Source: Vicinamibacteria bacterium
GTDB taxonomy: Bacteria > Acidobacteriota > Vicinamibacteria > Marinacidobacterales > Marinacidobacteraceae
Direction of reading: 5' to 3'
Length of the DNA stretch: 64,000 nucleotides
Assembly: GCA_965199715.1 (NCBI GenBank)
Contig: OZ241322.1
Location: 736,001 to 800,000, forward strand
Positions 38,820 to 48,966 of the stretch are shown piece by piece; position 1 is the stretch's first letter, and the number at the start of each line of letters is the position of its first letter. The notes beneath the pieces were generated by a model. That model made no database searches. It was not told where the DNA came from and saw only the letters and a list, made by a program, of their open reading frames with translations. The position numbers were made by a program, and so were the translations under genes.

Positions 38820-39820
38820 GCGAACTCGCCATCGGCCCGGTGCGCTGCGCCGCCGGGGGACGGGCCGCCGGATTCGTGCCGGCCATCGAGCGGGTGGACG
38901 GAGCGCCGCTCGGGTTCCCCGTCCTGATCGCCAACGGCGCGAGGCCCGGCCCCACGCTGCTCCTCGACGGCGGCATCCACGGCGACGAGCAGGAGGGGAC
39001 CCTCGCCGTGACCGAGTTCGTCCGGGAAGTCGATCCGACGGCGCTCGCCGGAGCGGTCGTCGCGGTTCCGGTGATGAACACCGGGGCGTTCGAGGCCATG
39101 TCCCGCGGCAACCCCCGCGACACGCACACGTTCGACATGAACCGGATCTACCCCGGACGGGCGAACGGCTACCTCACCGACCGGGTGGCCGCGGTCCACG
39201 CCGAGACCGCCGCCGCCGTCGCCGACGTCGAGATCACGATCCATTCGGGCGGGAACATCTGCTACCTCGGCGAGACGATCTTCACGACTTCGGGCGACCC
39301 GCTGGGGCTCGCGCTCGCGCAAGCCATGGGGCCCGGCTGGGAGATCGTGCTGGACACGCCGCACCCCGCCGGCTCGCCCATGGCGGCGATGACCCCGAGG
39401 GGCAAGGCCGCGATCACGGTCGAGCTCGGCGGCGGCGCGGCGACGATGCCGGGGCGGCTGCGGGAGAACGTCGACGTCCTCAAGCGCGCCGTCCTGAACG
39501 TCTGCCGCCACTACCGGATGCTCGAAGGCGACGCCGCTTACGCGCCGAAGCTCTGGCGCGGACGGCAGAGCGTGGTGATGGCGTCGCGCAGCGGGATCCT
39601 GAGTCCGGGGGCCGGGCTCGCCGGGGAGCGGCTCAAGGAGCCGATCCGCAAGGGCGAGCGGCTGCTGCAGGTCCACGACCTGCTCGGGAACCCGATCGAG
39701 GACCTGAACGCTCCCTGCGACGGGGTGCTCTTCGGCTTCCGCACCTACCCCTCGACGACCGCCGGCGACTGGACGCTGTTCTGCGGCGACGCCGAGTTCG
39801 TGGAGGTCTCGCCCCCGTGA
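38816..39820 (+). CDS. Succinylglutamate desuccinylase/aspartoacylase (M14-like) family protein
   Basis: GGIHGDE, DMNRIYPG, TIHSG, ITVELGG. Confidence 0.88.
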   Translation: MSELAIGPVRCAAGGRAAGFVPAIERVDGAPLGFPVLIANGARPGPTLLLDGGIHGDEQEGTLAVTEFVREVDPTALAGAVVAVPVMNTGAFEAMSRGNPRDTHTFDMNRIYPGRANGYLTDRVAAVHAETAAAVADVEITIHSGGNICYLGETIFTTSGDPLGLALAQAMGPGWEIVLDTPHPAGSPMAAMTPRGKAAITVELGGGAATMPGRLRENVDVLKRAVLNVCRHYRMLEGDAAYAPKLWRGRQSVVMASRSGILSPGAGLAGERLKEPIRKGERLLQVHDLLGNPIEDLNAPCDGVLFGFRTYPSTTAGDWTLFCGDAEFVEVSPP

Positions 39821-40959
39821 TCTCCACGCCCATCGTGCTGCTCGCGTTCCTGCTGCTGCTGGTGGCGGGGGCCCGCGAGTTCGAGGAGCGGTCGCCGCTC
39901 ATCCAGAAGATCAGCTCGGCGGTCGTCTGCACCCTCGTCGGCATCCTGCTCGCGAACGTCGGAATCCTCCCCCGCGGCGGCGAGTTCATGGACGATATCG
40001 CCCGCTACGCGATCCCGTACGCGATCGTGCTGTTCGTCCTCTCGACGCGCCTCGCCGACCTGAAGAAGGCGGGGCCGCGGATGGTGTTCGGCTTCCTCCT
40101 CGCGGGACTCGGAACCTTCGTCGGAGCGTTCGCCGCGAGCCTGCTCTTCGCCGGGATCCTCGGGGAGGAGACGTGGAAGCTGGGCGGCACGTTCGCCGGG
40201 GCCTTCTGGGGCGGCGGGCTCAACTTCGCAGCGGTGGGCCGGGGGCTCGAGATGACCGAGAGCCTGTTCGCCGGCGCCTTCGTCGTGGACAACCTCTCGA
40301 CCGTGCCGTGGATGCTCGCCCAGGTGGGCCTCGCCTCCGCGCTCGGAGTCACGTTCGCCCGCCGGGCGCTCGCGTCGGGGCCGAGCGAGGACGGGGACGA
40401 CGGCGACGCGCAGGAGCTGCGGAAGACGTGGACCGAAGGGGCGCTGTCGATCACGCACCTCGCGGTGCTCTCGGCGATCCCGCTGCTCGCGCTCGGGGCG
40501 GCCGGAGTCCTCGGCCAGTGGATGCCGGGCGTGCCCGAGGTCCTCTGGCTGACCACGATCGCGCTCGCGCTCGGCCAGGCGCCGGCGATCCAGCGCCTGC
40601 GCGGCGCCGGGATGCTCTCCTACTTCGCCCTCCACATCTTCTTCATCGTGATCGGGGCGGCTTCCGACGTGCGCGAGGTGCTGGCCGCCGGCCCGTGGCT
40701 CTTCCTCTACATGATCCTCATCATCGCGATCCACGCGCTGGTCGTGTACGGGATCGGCTGGCTGGCGCGCTTCGACCTCGCGACGGTGACGCTCGCGAGC
40801 CAGGCCGCGGTCGGCGGTCCGGGGTCGGCGCTCGCGCTCGGCATGGCGCTCAAGTGGAAGGAGCGCATCGCCCCGGCGGTGATCGTGGGCATCTTCGGGT
40901 ACGGGTTCGGGAATTACCTCGGCTTCTCCACGGCGTGGCTGCTGCGCAGCGTCCTCTGA
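39817..40959 (+). CDS. DUF819 family membrane transporter
   Basis: WGGGLNFAAV, ASQAAVGGP, GIFGYGFGNYLG. Confidence 0.85.
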   Translation: MISTPIVLLAFLLLLVAGAREFEERSPLIQKISSAVVCTLVGILLANVGILPRGGEFMDDIARYAIPYAIVLFVLSTRLADLKKAGPRMVFGFLLAGLGTFVGAFAASLLFAGILGEETWKLGGTFAGAFWGGGLNFAAVGRGLEMTESLFAGAFVVDNLSTVPWMLAQVGLASALGVTFARRALASGPSEDGDDGDAQELRKTWTEGALSITHLAVLSAIPLLALGAAGVLGQWMPGVPEVLWLTTIALALGQAPAIQRLRGAGMLSYFALHIFFIVIGAASDVREVLAAGPWLFLYMILIIAIHALVVYGIGWLARFDLATVTLASQAAVGGPGSALALGMALKWKERIAPAVIVGIFGYGFGNYLGFSTAWLLRSVL

Positions 40960-41651
40960 TCCTCGACGGGACGACGGCGCTCGTGACCGGGGCCGCGCGC
41001 GGGCTCGGGCGGTCCGCCGCCCAGGCGCTCGGGAACGCCGGAGCCTCGCTCACGCTGCTCGACTGCGAGGCGGAGGAACTGGCTTCGGTCGCCCCCGGCG
41101 CGACGCTCGTCGTCTGCGACCTCGCCGACCGGTCGAGCTTCCGGCGGGTCGCCGGCGAGTACGACTTCTTCCTCCACTGCGCCGGAGTCCTCACGCGGAA
41201 GCCGCTCGCCGAGACCTCCGAGGCCGAGTGGGACCGAACGCTGGCGGTGAACCTGACCGCCGCGTTCCTGCTGCTGCGGCAGGTGCAGGCGCGATCGGTG
41301 CTGCTCACCAGCTCTCGCGCCGGAGTGACGGGGTTCGCCGGGGAGACCGCCTACTGTGCCAGCAAGTTCGGCATCGAGGGCCTCGCCCGGTCGCTGGCCG
41401 CCGAACGGCCGGGAACTCCGGTCAACACGATCACTCCGGGCGCACGCATCAAGCCGACCGGCTTGCCGCAGGAGGCACGGGGCTCCTGGGGATCTTCGGA
41501 GCCGCTCGGGCCGGCATTCACCGCCTTCGCGCTGCTCGCCGGTTCGTCCGCTCCGACCGGGCGAAGGTTCCGGGCCGACCGGGTGGCCGAGCGGGTCCGG
41601 CGCGACGGACTGCCGCTTGGAGAAGCGGCTTGGGAGGAACTCGCCGAGTGA
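40956..41651 (+). CDS. SDR family oxidoreductase (start uncertain, CTG/ATC)
   Basis: VTGAARGLG, VNL, YCASKFG. Confidence 0.85.
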   Translation: MILDGTTALVTGAARGLGRSAAQALGNAGASLTLLDCEAEELASVAPGATLVVCDLADRSSFRRVAGEYDFFLHCAGVLTRKPLAETSEAEWDRTLAVNLTAAFLLLRQVQARSVLLTSSRAGVTGFAGETAYCASKFGIEGLARSLAAERPGTPVNTITPGARIKPTGLPQEARGSWGSSEPLGPAFTAFALLAGSSAPTGRRFRADRVAERVRRDGLPLGEAAWEELAE

Positions 41652-43318
41652 GTCATTTCTGTCCGATTCCGGTGGCCGACCGGGCGCAGGCGCTCCCCGA
41701 GCCGGAGCTCCTTCCCGACTCGGCCGCGGTTCTCGCTCCCGAGCACGCCCGGGCGCTGCGGAACGCGCTTCTCGGCGGCGAGACCCACTACACCCCGCGC
41801 CCCGGGCTTCCCGAACTGCGCGAGCGGATCGCCGCGCTCCTCGTCGAGGCGGGAGCTCCGCCGGGCGGGCAGGTGGTCATCACGGCGGGGCGGCAGGAGG
41901 CGCTCTTCGTCGTCCGCGGAGTCGATCCGGTCGTGGACCTCGGCGACCGGTTCCCCGAGGCGGACCTTTCCGGGGTCTCGCCGGACGCCGTGCTGGTCGG
42001 TTCGCTCGACGCCTTCCCCGAGCTGGCCCCGTTTCGGCTCGGATTCTTCCGCTCGCCCGACGCGCTGCTTGCGCGGCTCCGCGGCCTGAAGCAGGCGATC
42101 TCCATTTGCACCGCGGCCCCGTCGCAACGGGCGGCGGCGCTCGTGCTCGGGGCGGAGCGGACGGCGCGTCCGCCGGAGATACGGACGCGGAAGGACGACT
42201 CGCGCTATTCGCTGATGGAACTTGCGGCGCAGATCCCCGACGTGGTGAGCCTCGGGCGGGGCGATCCCGACGCCGACGCCTCGAGAGCCGTCATCGAAGC
42301 GGCCGCCGCGACGCTCGGCGAGACCGAGGCGCTCGATCCGAGGGGGCAGCGCTGGCTGCGGGAGGCCATCGCCGAGCGGGAGGAGGCGCGGATCGGGGTC
42401 CGGTTCGATCCCGACTCCGAGATCGTCGTGACCAACGGCGCGCAGGAGGGGATCACGGTCGCCATGCTGGCGCTGCTGGGCGAGCGCGAGGACGTGATCC
42501 TCGCCGACCCGTACTACACGTCGTACCTTCAGGCCATCGACCTCGCCGGGGGGAAGCCGGCGCTCGTGCCCGCTGCGGGCGGGTCCGATTTCGGGATGCG
42601 CGCGGACGCGGCGACCGAGGCGTTCGGCCGCGCCGAACGGCCGCGCCTGCTCGCGATCGTGAACTTTTCGAATCCGACCGGAGCCCGCACTCGGGCGGAG
42701 GAAGTGCGCGGGCTCGCGGAACTCGCCGATCGCGGGCATCTGTGGGTGCTTTCCGACGAGGTCTATGGGGACATGACGCTCGACGGCGAGGGGCCGATCC
42801 TGTCCCCGGCGACGCTGCCGGGGATGAAGGGCCGGACGCTCACGCTCGGCAGCGTCTCGAAGAGCTACGCGATGACCGGGTTCCGGATCGGCTACCTGAC
42901 CGGCCCCGCCGACGCGATCGCCGCCTGCGCCCGGGTGAAGGCGGCGCTGTCGGGTCCGTCGCCGCTCTTCTCGCAGCGGGCCGCGGCGCTCGCGCTCGGC
43001 GGCGGCGAGGAGTTCCCCGCACGGATGCGCCGCATCTACGCCCCCCGGCGGAAGTTGCTGCTCGACGGTCTCCGTGACCTCGGCATCCCGACCGCCGACC
43101 ACGGGGGCGGATTCTTCGTCTGGGCGGATATCTCCCGCTTCGGGCTTCCGGCCGGGGATTTCTGCCGGCGGCTCCTCATCGAGGCGCGGGTGCTGATGTT
43201 CCCGGGAACCGCATTCGGAGCGCGCTGGGACCGGTACGTCAGGGTCTCGATGCTCCAGACCGAGGAGCGAATCAAGGAAGCGCTGGCGCGGATGAAGACG
43301 TTCGGAGGACGAACATGA
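41648..43318 (+). CDS. PLP-dependent class I/II aminotransferase with an extra degenerate N-terminal aminotransferase-like domain
   Basis: C-terminal domain has SNPTG, SDEVY, SVSKSYAMTGFRIG; N-terminal part has HYTPRPGLPELRE..VITAGRQEAL but no catalytic Lys. Confidence 0.85.
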   Translation: MSHFCPIPVADRAQALPEPELLPDSAAVLAPEHARALRNALLGGETHYTPRPGLPELRERIAALLVEAGAPPGGQVVITAGRQEALFVVRGVDPVVDLGDRFPEADLSGVSPDAVLVGSLDAFPELAPFRLGFFRSPDALLARLRGLKQAISICTAAPSQRAAALVLGAERTARPPEIRTRKDDSRYSLMELAAQIPDVVSLGRGDPDADASRAVIEAAAATLGETEALDPRGQRWLREAIAEREEARIGVRFDPDSEIVVTNGAQEGITVAMLALLGEREDVILADPYYTSYLQAIDLAGGKPALVPAAGGSDFGMRADAATEAFGRAERPRLLAIVNFSNPTGARTRAEEVRGLAELADRGHLWVLSDEVYGDMTLDGEGPILSPATLPGMKGRTLTLGSVSKSYAMTGFRIGYLTGPADAIAACARVKAALSGPSPLFSQRAAALALGGGEEFPARMRRIYAPRRKLLLDGLRDLGIPTADHGGGFFVWADISRFGLPAGDFCRRLLIEARVLMFPGTAFGARWDRYVRVSMLQTEERIKEALARMKTFGGRT

Positions 43319-44064
43319 ATCGAATGGAAGGGCGGTGCGCCGTCGTGACCGGCGCGGCCCATGGCATCGGGCGGGCGACCGCCGAGCTGTTCGGCGAGGA
43401 GGGAGCGCGGGTCGTGCTCGCCGACATCGCCGCCGAGGTGACCGAGGTCGCGGCCGGCGTATCCGGAGCGCGGGCGGTGGTCGCCGACGTGTCCACCGAG
43501 GCCGGAGTCGAGGAGGTCGTCGCGACCGCCGAGCGCGCGTTCGGCTCGGTGGAGGCGCTCGTGAACAACGCCGGGGTCGAGCTGAAGAAGCTGGTGGAAG
43601 ACACGAGCCTCGCCGAGTGGGAGCGCGTGCTCCGCGTGAACCTGACCTCGGCGTTCCTGATGTCCCGCCGGGTCGTGCCCGGCATGAAGAAGCAGCGCCG
43701 CGGCGTGATCGTCATGAACTCGTCGGTCGGGAACTTCATCGCCGCGACGAGGAGCTCCGCCTACGGAGCCTCCAAGTCCGGGATGATGGCGCTCGCCCGA
43801 GGTCTGGCGCTCGAGGGCGCGGAGTACGGCATCCGCGTGAACGCGGTCTGCCCCGGAGTCATCGACACGCCGATGAACCAGCGCAACCTCTCCCGCGCCG
43901 ACGATCCCGAAGCGATGCACCGCTCGTGGTACGAGGTCACCCCGCTCGGACGACTCGGCACGGCCCGCGACGTGGCGCAGTCGATCCTGTTCCTTGCGTC
44001 CGACGAATCGTCCTTCGTGACCGGGCTGCCGCTCGTGATCGACGGCGGCCGGCTGATCCAGTAA
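43315..44064 (+). CDS. SDR family oxidoreductase
   Basis: TGAAHGIG, NNAG, YGASKSG, IRVNAVCPG. Confidence 0.92.
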   Translation: MNRMEGRCAVVTGAAHGIGRATAELFGEEGARVVLADIAAEVTEVAAGVSGARAVVADVSTEAGVEEVVATAERAFGSVEALVNNAGVELKKLVEDTSLAEWERVLRVNLTSAFLMSRRVVPGMKKQRRGVIVMNSSVGNFIAATRSSAYGASKSGMMALARGLALEGAEYGIRVNAVCPGVIDTPMNQRNLSRADDPEAMHRSWYEVTPLGRLGTARDVAQSILFLASDESSFVTGLPLVIDGGRLIQ

Positions 44065-44111
44065 CTGGCGAATCCGGTGCTAGGCTCCTCCCCGCTCAGG
44101 AGCGCGACCCA

Positions 44112-44600
44112 GTGACGCACATCCCCCTCTTCTTCCGATTCGAGGAGGACATTCCCGGGCCGGGTTTCGTCGCCAGAGTTCGTTTCTTGGGCCGGGTAAC
44201 CTGCACCCGCGAGTTCGGCTCGACTTGGATGTACGGCGTGAACCCGGGCGCGATCGCCGAGGAGGGAGATGGAATTCGGGCCGCGTACGTGAATTTCAGG
44301 GCGTCACTCACTGAGATCTTTCTTGACTTGGCCGAGGAGTCGTCCGACATCGGGGAGTTCCGTGCGGACGCTCGGTCCTTTTTCGACGCTACCGACGAGA
44401 CGAGCGTTCGCGAATGGGAGTCGGCTCGACAGGCGGTCCGCGCTGGCGAGGAGCCGGGCTTGGATCCCGGATTGACGCTGGATCGGGAAACGGGAGGAAC
44501 GGACGCAGATTTCCAGGTGACCACATCGAGCGGGCCCGCCACGAGTCAAGAGGTGAGATCAACTTCCGAGCGCGAGCCCCGCGCCCTGCTCGCAGCGTAG
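44112..44600 (+). CDS. HicB-like antitoxin candidate
   Basis: CAGGAG SD; WMYGVNPGAIAEEGDGIRAAYVNFRASLTE resembles the HicB partial RNase H fold; acidic; lower GC. Confidence 0.5.
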   Translation: MTHIPLFFRFEEDIPGPGFVARVRFLGRVTCTREFGSTWMYGVNPGAIAEEGDGIRAAYVNFRASLTEIFLDLAEESSDIGEFRADARSFFDATDETSVREWESARQAVRAGEEPGLDPGLTLDRETGGTDADFQVTTSSGPATSQEVRSTSEREPRALLAA

Positions 44601-44615
44601 AACTCGGCGCCCGGA

Positions 44616-44837
44616 GTGACCAATACCGGGCCCCTTCCTTGGAAAAGGGTCAAGCAGTGCTTCGACGAGCTGCTCCCGGGGTGGTCCATGCGGCGGTCCA
44701 CGCATCGCTTCCTTCTGTCCTGCAAGGCCATTCGCCCGGAGAACTTCCCCTTGAACAAGGGCAAACACGGAAGCAAGGTTCCAAGCGTGCGGCCGAGCGA
44801 ACTGCGAAGAGTGCTCAGGTTCTTTCGTAGAGAGTGA
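44616..44837 (+). CDS. HicA-like small basic toxin candidate
   Basis: 73 aa, basic; GW..RRSTH...GKH...RPSELRRVL pattern; GGAG SD. Confidence 0.45.
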   Translation: MTNTGPLPWKRVKQCFDELLPGWSMRRSTHRFLLSCKAIRPENFPLNKGKHGSKVPSVRPSELRRVLRFFRRE

Positions 44838-44892
44838 CCCAAGGATTCCGATCTCCTCCACCAGTCAAGCGGATCCCGTACCGTTTGCTCGC

Positions 44893-46401
44893 TCAGGCCG
44901 CGTCGCCGACGACGCGCACCCGGACCCGGCGCGCATCTCCCGGGAGGTAGGCGAGCGGCAGGTCCTCGCGCTCGACCATCTCCAGCCGTCCGGCGTCCGC
45001 TCCGGCGGCCGCGGCGCGTTGCTCGGCCTCCTCCGTCGCGAGCCGGAACGCCTCCTCGCGCCCCACTCCGTGAAAGATGCGATCCACCTCGCCGCCAACT
45101 CGGGCGATCGCCGCGCCCACCGCGTTCGCAACCTCGCCCCCGGGAACGCGGACCGTCTCCGACACTCCCTCGAGTTCGTCCGGGACGAGAAACGCGCCGC
45201 CGCCCACGGCGAGCAGCGGACACGCCCGGGCGTCCGGCTTCATCCGGTCCACGGCCTCGCCGATGCGCTCCCGCACGGTCGCCTCGAACCGCCGGACGGT
45301 CGAAGCCGACAATCCCCGCACGCGCTCCGGATCCCCGAGGCGGATCCAGCCGGCCGCGACGCCGAGATCGGTCGCGGTCAGGGTCTCCCCGCCGAAGGCG
45401 AGTCCGCGCTTCGGCAGCCGGAACCCGACGCTCGCAGGCCCCACCGCCGCCCCGTCCGCCGTCGCGAGGCTCCCGCCGCCGAGCGCGATCGAGAGCAGGT
45501 CGGGCATCCGGAACAAGGTCCGCACGCCGCCGACCTCGACCTCGCGCGGCGCTTCGCGGGGGAACCCGGCCCGAAGCGCTCCCACGTCGGTGGTCGTGCC
45601 GCCGACGTCCACGACGACCGCGTCGGTCGCGCCCGTGAGAAACGACGCGCCGGTCATCGAGTTCACCGGACCGGACGAGATGCTCAGCACCGGCGCCTCG
45701 GCGGCCGCCTCGACGCTCGCGATCGTCCCGTCGTTGCGGGCGAGGAAGAGCGGCGCCCCGGCGATCCCGGCGAAGGCGCCGGCGAGGCGGCGGGCGAGCG
45801 GCCGCAGCGCCGCGTTCAGGAGACCCGCGTTCTCGCGTCCAAGCAGGCCGATCCGTCCGAGTCGGCGCGACTCGGTGATCGAGGCGTCCGGGTGCTCCTC
45901 GCGCAGGATCTCGGCCGCCCGCGCCTCGCCGCCGCCGTCGAGCGGCGAGAACACCGCGCTGACCGCGATCTCCCGGATCCCGGCTTCCCGGATCGCGCGC
46001 CCGGCGCGGGCGACCGCGCGCTCGGCGAGCGGGACGATCGGGCGGCCGTCGCACTCGTGCCCGCCCTCGACCATGAACACGGGCCCCCGCACGATCTCCC
46101 GCAGGCCCTCGGGCCAGTCGCAAAACGGCGGCAGCGACGCGCTCGCCGGGAGCCCGACCCGCAGCGCCGCGACGCGCTCGAGCCCCTCGCCGGTCAGCAC
46201 CGCGTTCGTGAAGTGCGTCGTCCCGATCACGACCCGGGACGCGGGCCCCTCCCCCACTCCGGCGAGCGCCGTCCGGACGCCTTCGAGCACGTCGGGCGTG
46301 GTCTCGGTCTTGGAGCTGCGCAGCGCTTCCGCGCCGCGCATCCGGACCGCGTCGGTGTGCGTGCCGCCGACGTCCACGCCGATCCGGTCGCGGGGGCTCA
46401 T
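44893..46401 (-). CDS. Hydantoinase/oxoprolinase (HyuA-like) family protein
   Basis: IGVDVGGTHTDA, IGTTHFTNA, SGPVNSM, VDVGGTTTD, ANAVGAA. Confidence 0.9.
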   Translation of the reverse strand: MSPRDRIGVDVGGTHTDAVRMRGAEALRSSKTETTPDVLEGVRTALAGVGEGPASRVVIGTTHFTNAVLTGEGLERVAALRVGLPASASLPPFCDWPEGLREIVRGPVFMVEGGHECDGRPIVPLAERAVARAGRAIREAGIREIAVSAVFSPLDGGGEARAAEILREEHPDASITESRRLGRIGLLGRENAGLLNAALRPLARRLAGAFAGIAGAPLFLARNDGTIASVEAAAEAPVLSISSGPVNSMTGASFLTGATDAVVVDVGGTTTDVGALRAGFPREAPREVEVGGVRTLFRMPDLLSIALGGGSLATADGAAVGPASVGFRLPKRGLAFGGETLTATDLGVAAGWIRLGDPERVRGLSASTVRRFEATVRERIGEAVDRMKPDARACPLLAVGGGAFLVPDELEGVSETVRVPGGEVANAVGAAIARVGGEVDRIFHGVGREEAFRLATEEAEQRAAAAGADAGRLEMVEREDLPLAYLPGDARRVRVRVVGDAA

Positions 46402-47471
46402 GCGAACAGCGGGCGGAAATCGAGGTCGAAGCCGAACGCCCGCGGCCCGACCCGGCGGAGCGCGGCCTCGGACTTGAGGACGCTGGGAGCGTCGAGCGCG
46501 AGCACGCGGACCCGCTGGCCGTAGCCGATGACCTCGGTCCCGAGCGCCTCGCCGGTGTTCGTATCGACCACGCAGAGGATCTCGGGGGTCGTCGCGACGG
46601 GCTCGCCGTCCCGGAACGCGACCGCGAACTCGTTGCGGAAGTGGAGCTCCAGCTCGCTTCCCCGGTCGGGGCCGAGCCCGGCGATCCGGGCCGACCCCTT
46701 GAGGAACCCGCGCGTCGTGCGCCGGTCGATGTCCGCCACCTTGCCGGTGAACAGCAGCAGGCCGCGCTCGCGCCCGAGGATCGCCGCCACCGGGTCCTCG
46801 CCGGCGCGGCGCGCCGCCCGGACCGCCGCGCCGATCCCGATGGCGCGGGAGACCGATCCCAGCACCGCGTGGTCCTTGATCTCGCGCCCGGTGCGCGGCG
46901 CCTTCGCAGTGGCCGCGATCGAGCCGACCTCGGTGACCGCGACCCGGCCGAGCCGCTCCTGCCACTCCCAGCTCGCCGCCCGGTCCACGATCACCACGTT
47001 GTCGCGCACGTCCACGAGGCAAGACGGCCAGTTGCGCAGCTCGGCGATCGCGAACGTCGTCATCTGCGCTTCGGGGAACGCCCGCCCCATGCAGTCGGCG
47101 TCCACCACCGGGAGACCGGTTCGCGCCGCGACCATGAAGCTCTGGAGCGCGTTCGAGCCCCCGATCTCGAGCGACATCACCGCGGCGAAACGCTTCCCCA
47201 GGCGCTCCTCGAGCGCGCGCACCGGCTTCGCGGCGATCTCCGGGTCGGGCAGCCGCTCCTCCCCGACGAGCGGCGCGCCCATGGTCGAGACCACGGCGAC
47301 CAGGTTCTCGTCGCCGAGTTCGGACGCGGAGAGGAGGGTCGGCTCGAATCCGCGGGCGGTCTCGATCCGCAGGTTCAACAGCGAATGCGCGGGGTTGCCG
47401 CCGCCCCCGGCCCCGAGAACCCACGCGCCGACGGCGAGATCCTCGATCTCCTCGGGAGCGAGCCGGCGCAT
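46398..47471 (-). CDS. DUF917 family protein
   Basis: LGAGGGG, MGAPLV..E, EIGGSN, DADCMGRAFPE, F.NE, PEIL. Confidence 0.88.
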   Translation of the reverse strand: MRRLAPEEIEDLAVGAWVLGAGGGGNPAHSLLNLRIETARGFEPTLLSASELGDENLVAVVSTMGAPLVGEERLPDPEIAAKPVRALEERLGKRFAAVMSLEIGGSNALQSFMVAARTGLPVVDADCMGRAFPEAQMTTFAIAELRNWPSCLVDVRDNVVIVDRAASWEWQERLGRVAVTEVGSIAATAKAPRTGREIKDHAVLGSVSRAIGIGAAVRAARRAGEDPVAAILGRERGLLLFTGKVADIDRRTTRGFLKGSARIAGLGPDRGSELELHFRNEFAVAFRDGEPVATTPEILCVVDTNTGEALGTEVIGYGQRVRVLALDAPSVLKSEAALRRVGPRAFGFDLDFRPLFA

Positions 47472-47497
47472 CGGGCGGCCATGCTACCTTCCGGCGG

Positions 47498-48139
47498 GTG
47501 CTCCACTTCCTCACCATCGGACAGGCGCCGAGGCCGGACGCGACCCCCGAGATCCTCGAGTTCATGGGGATCGAAGACGGGCCGGTCGTCGAGGCGGGCG
47601 CGCTCGACGGGTTGGACCGGTCCGGGATCCCCGCGCCCGAATCCGGAGACATGCCGCTCGTCACCCGGCTCGCGAGCGGGGAGGAGGTCCTCGTCGGCGA
47701 GAGCTTCATCGAGCGGCGGATGCGGGCGCTCGTGGATCGGGTTCCGCCCGGCGACGCGGCGGCGATCCTGTGCACCGGTCCCTTTCCCGGGATCCCGGAG
47801 CGGCCCGGGCTCGTGAAGGCGGGGCCGGAGTTCGACCGCGCGCTCGCCGCCGCGTGCTCCCCCGGCATGTCGGTCTCGATCCTGATCCCCGATCCGGGGC
47901 AGGAGGAGGACGCCCGGCGCCGGGTTCCGGCGGGCTGCCGCGTCCTCGTCGGGGTGGGCTCGCCCTACTCGGACGACGCCGACTGGCTCCCCGACGGGTT
48001 CGGCGACGCGGACCTGGTCGCGCTCAACTGCCTCGGCTACGACGGCCGCATGGAGCGCGCGCTCGCCGCCGCGACCGGCAAGCGGATCCTGCTGGCCCGC
48101 CGGGTGCTCGCGGAGCGGCTCGCCGAGGCGGCGGCGTGA
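47498..48139 (+). CDS. AroM family protein
   Basis: TIGQAPRPD, EAGALDG, LVTRL, LCTG.FP, SPY, LNCLGY. Confidence 0.85.
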   Translation: MLHFLTIGQAPRPDATPEILEFMGIEDGPVVEAGALDGLDRSGIPAPESGDMPLVTRLASGEEVLVGESFIERRMRALVDRVPPGDAAAILCTGPFPGIPERPGLVKAGPEFDRALAAACSPGMSVSILIPDPGQEEDARRRVPAGCRVLVGVGSPYSDDADWLPDGFGDADLVALNCLGYDGRMERALAAATGKRILLARRVLAERLAEAAA

Positions 48140-48966
48140 GATACGCGCCGCTCGCGCTGCTTCTCGCCTGCGGCGCTCCGACGCCCGACGGACCGGCGCC
48201 GCTGGTGCTCGCCGCCGACGTGGGGTTCGCGCCGCACGCGATGATGGCGGCGAACGGCGACGTCGAGGGCTTCAACGTCGATCTCGCGAACGAGATCGCG
48301 GCGCGGATGGGCCGCCCCGGGGCGCGCATCGTGGACTCGGAGTGGTCGTCGATCTTCTCCGGCCTCTACGCCGGCAAGTTCGACTTCGTGATCGCTCCCA
48401 CGACGATCACCGAGGGGCGGGCGGCGCGGGTGCTCCTCTCCGAGGGCTACCTCGACACCGATCCGGTCTTCCTCCGGCGGAGCGACCAGCCGGTGCTCGA
48501 AGGGCTGGACGAACTGCGCGGACGGACGGTGGCCGTGAACAACGGCTCGGCCTACGACCTGTGGGCGACCGCCAACGCCCGCCCGCTCGGGTTCGAGGTG
48601 CTGCGCTACGGCAAGAACGCCGACGCGGTGCAGGCCGTGCTCTCCGGGCAGGCGTCCACGAACCTCGTCGGCGAGTCGGTGGGCCTGTGGGCGGTGGACC
48701 GGAACCCCGACCTGCGCGCCGACTACCGAATCTCGGCCGAAACCGCCTTCGCGATCGCGTTCCGCAACGAGGACCGCGAGCTGCGCAACGAGGTCGAAAC
48801 CATCCTCGAATGCCTCAAGACCGAGGGCGTGCTCGCGCGGATCCATCACGAATGGCTCGGCGTGGAGCCGACCCCCGGATCGGCGGCGGTCACGCCGTTC
48901 GAGGGGTTCGGGCCGCCCGGACTGACCGGCTTCGAGCCCACGCCGGGACGCCGGCCCTGCGGGTGA
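48136..48966 (+). CDS. Polar amino acid ABC transporter substrate-binding lipoprotein
   Basis: Lipobox LLAC; DVGFAPH, EGFNVD, TIT..RA. Confidence 0.88.
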   Translation: MRYAPLALLLACGAPTPDGPAPLVLAADVGFAPHAMMAANGDVEGFNVDLANEIAARMGRPGARIVDSEWSSIFSGLYAGKFDFVIAPTTITEGRAARVLLSEGYLDTDPVFLRRSDQPVLEGLDELRGRTVAVNNGSAYDLWATANARPLGFEVLRYGKNADAVQAVLSGQASTNLVGESVGLWAVDRNPDLRADYRISAETAFAIAFRNEDRELRNEVETILECLKTEGVLARIHHEWLGVEPTPGSAAVTPFEGFGPPGLTGFEPTPGRRPCG

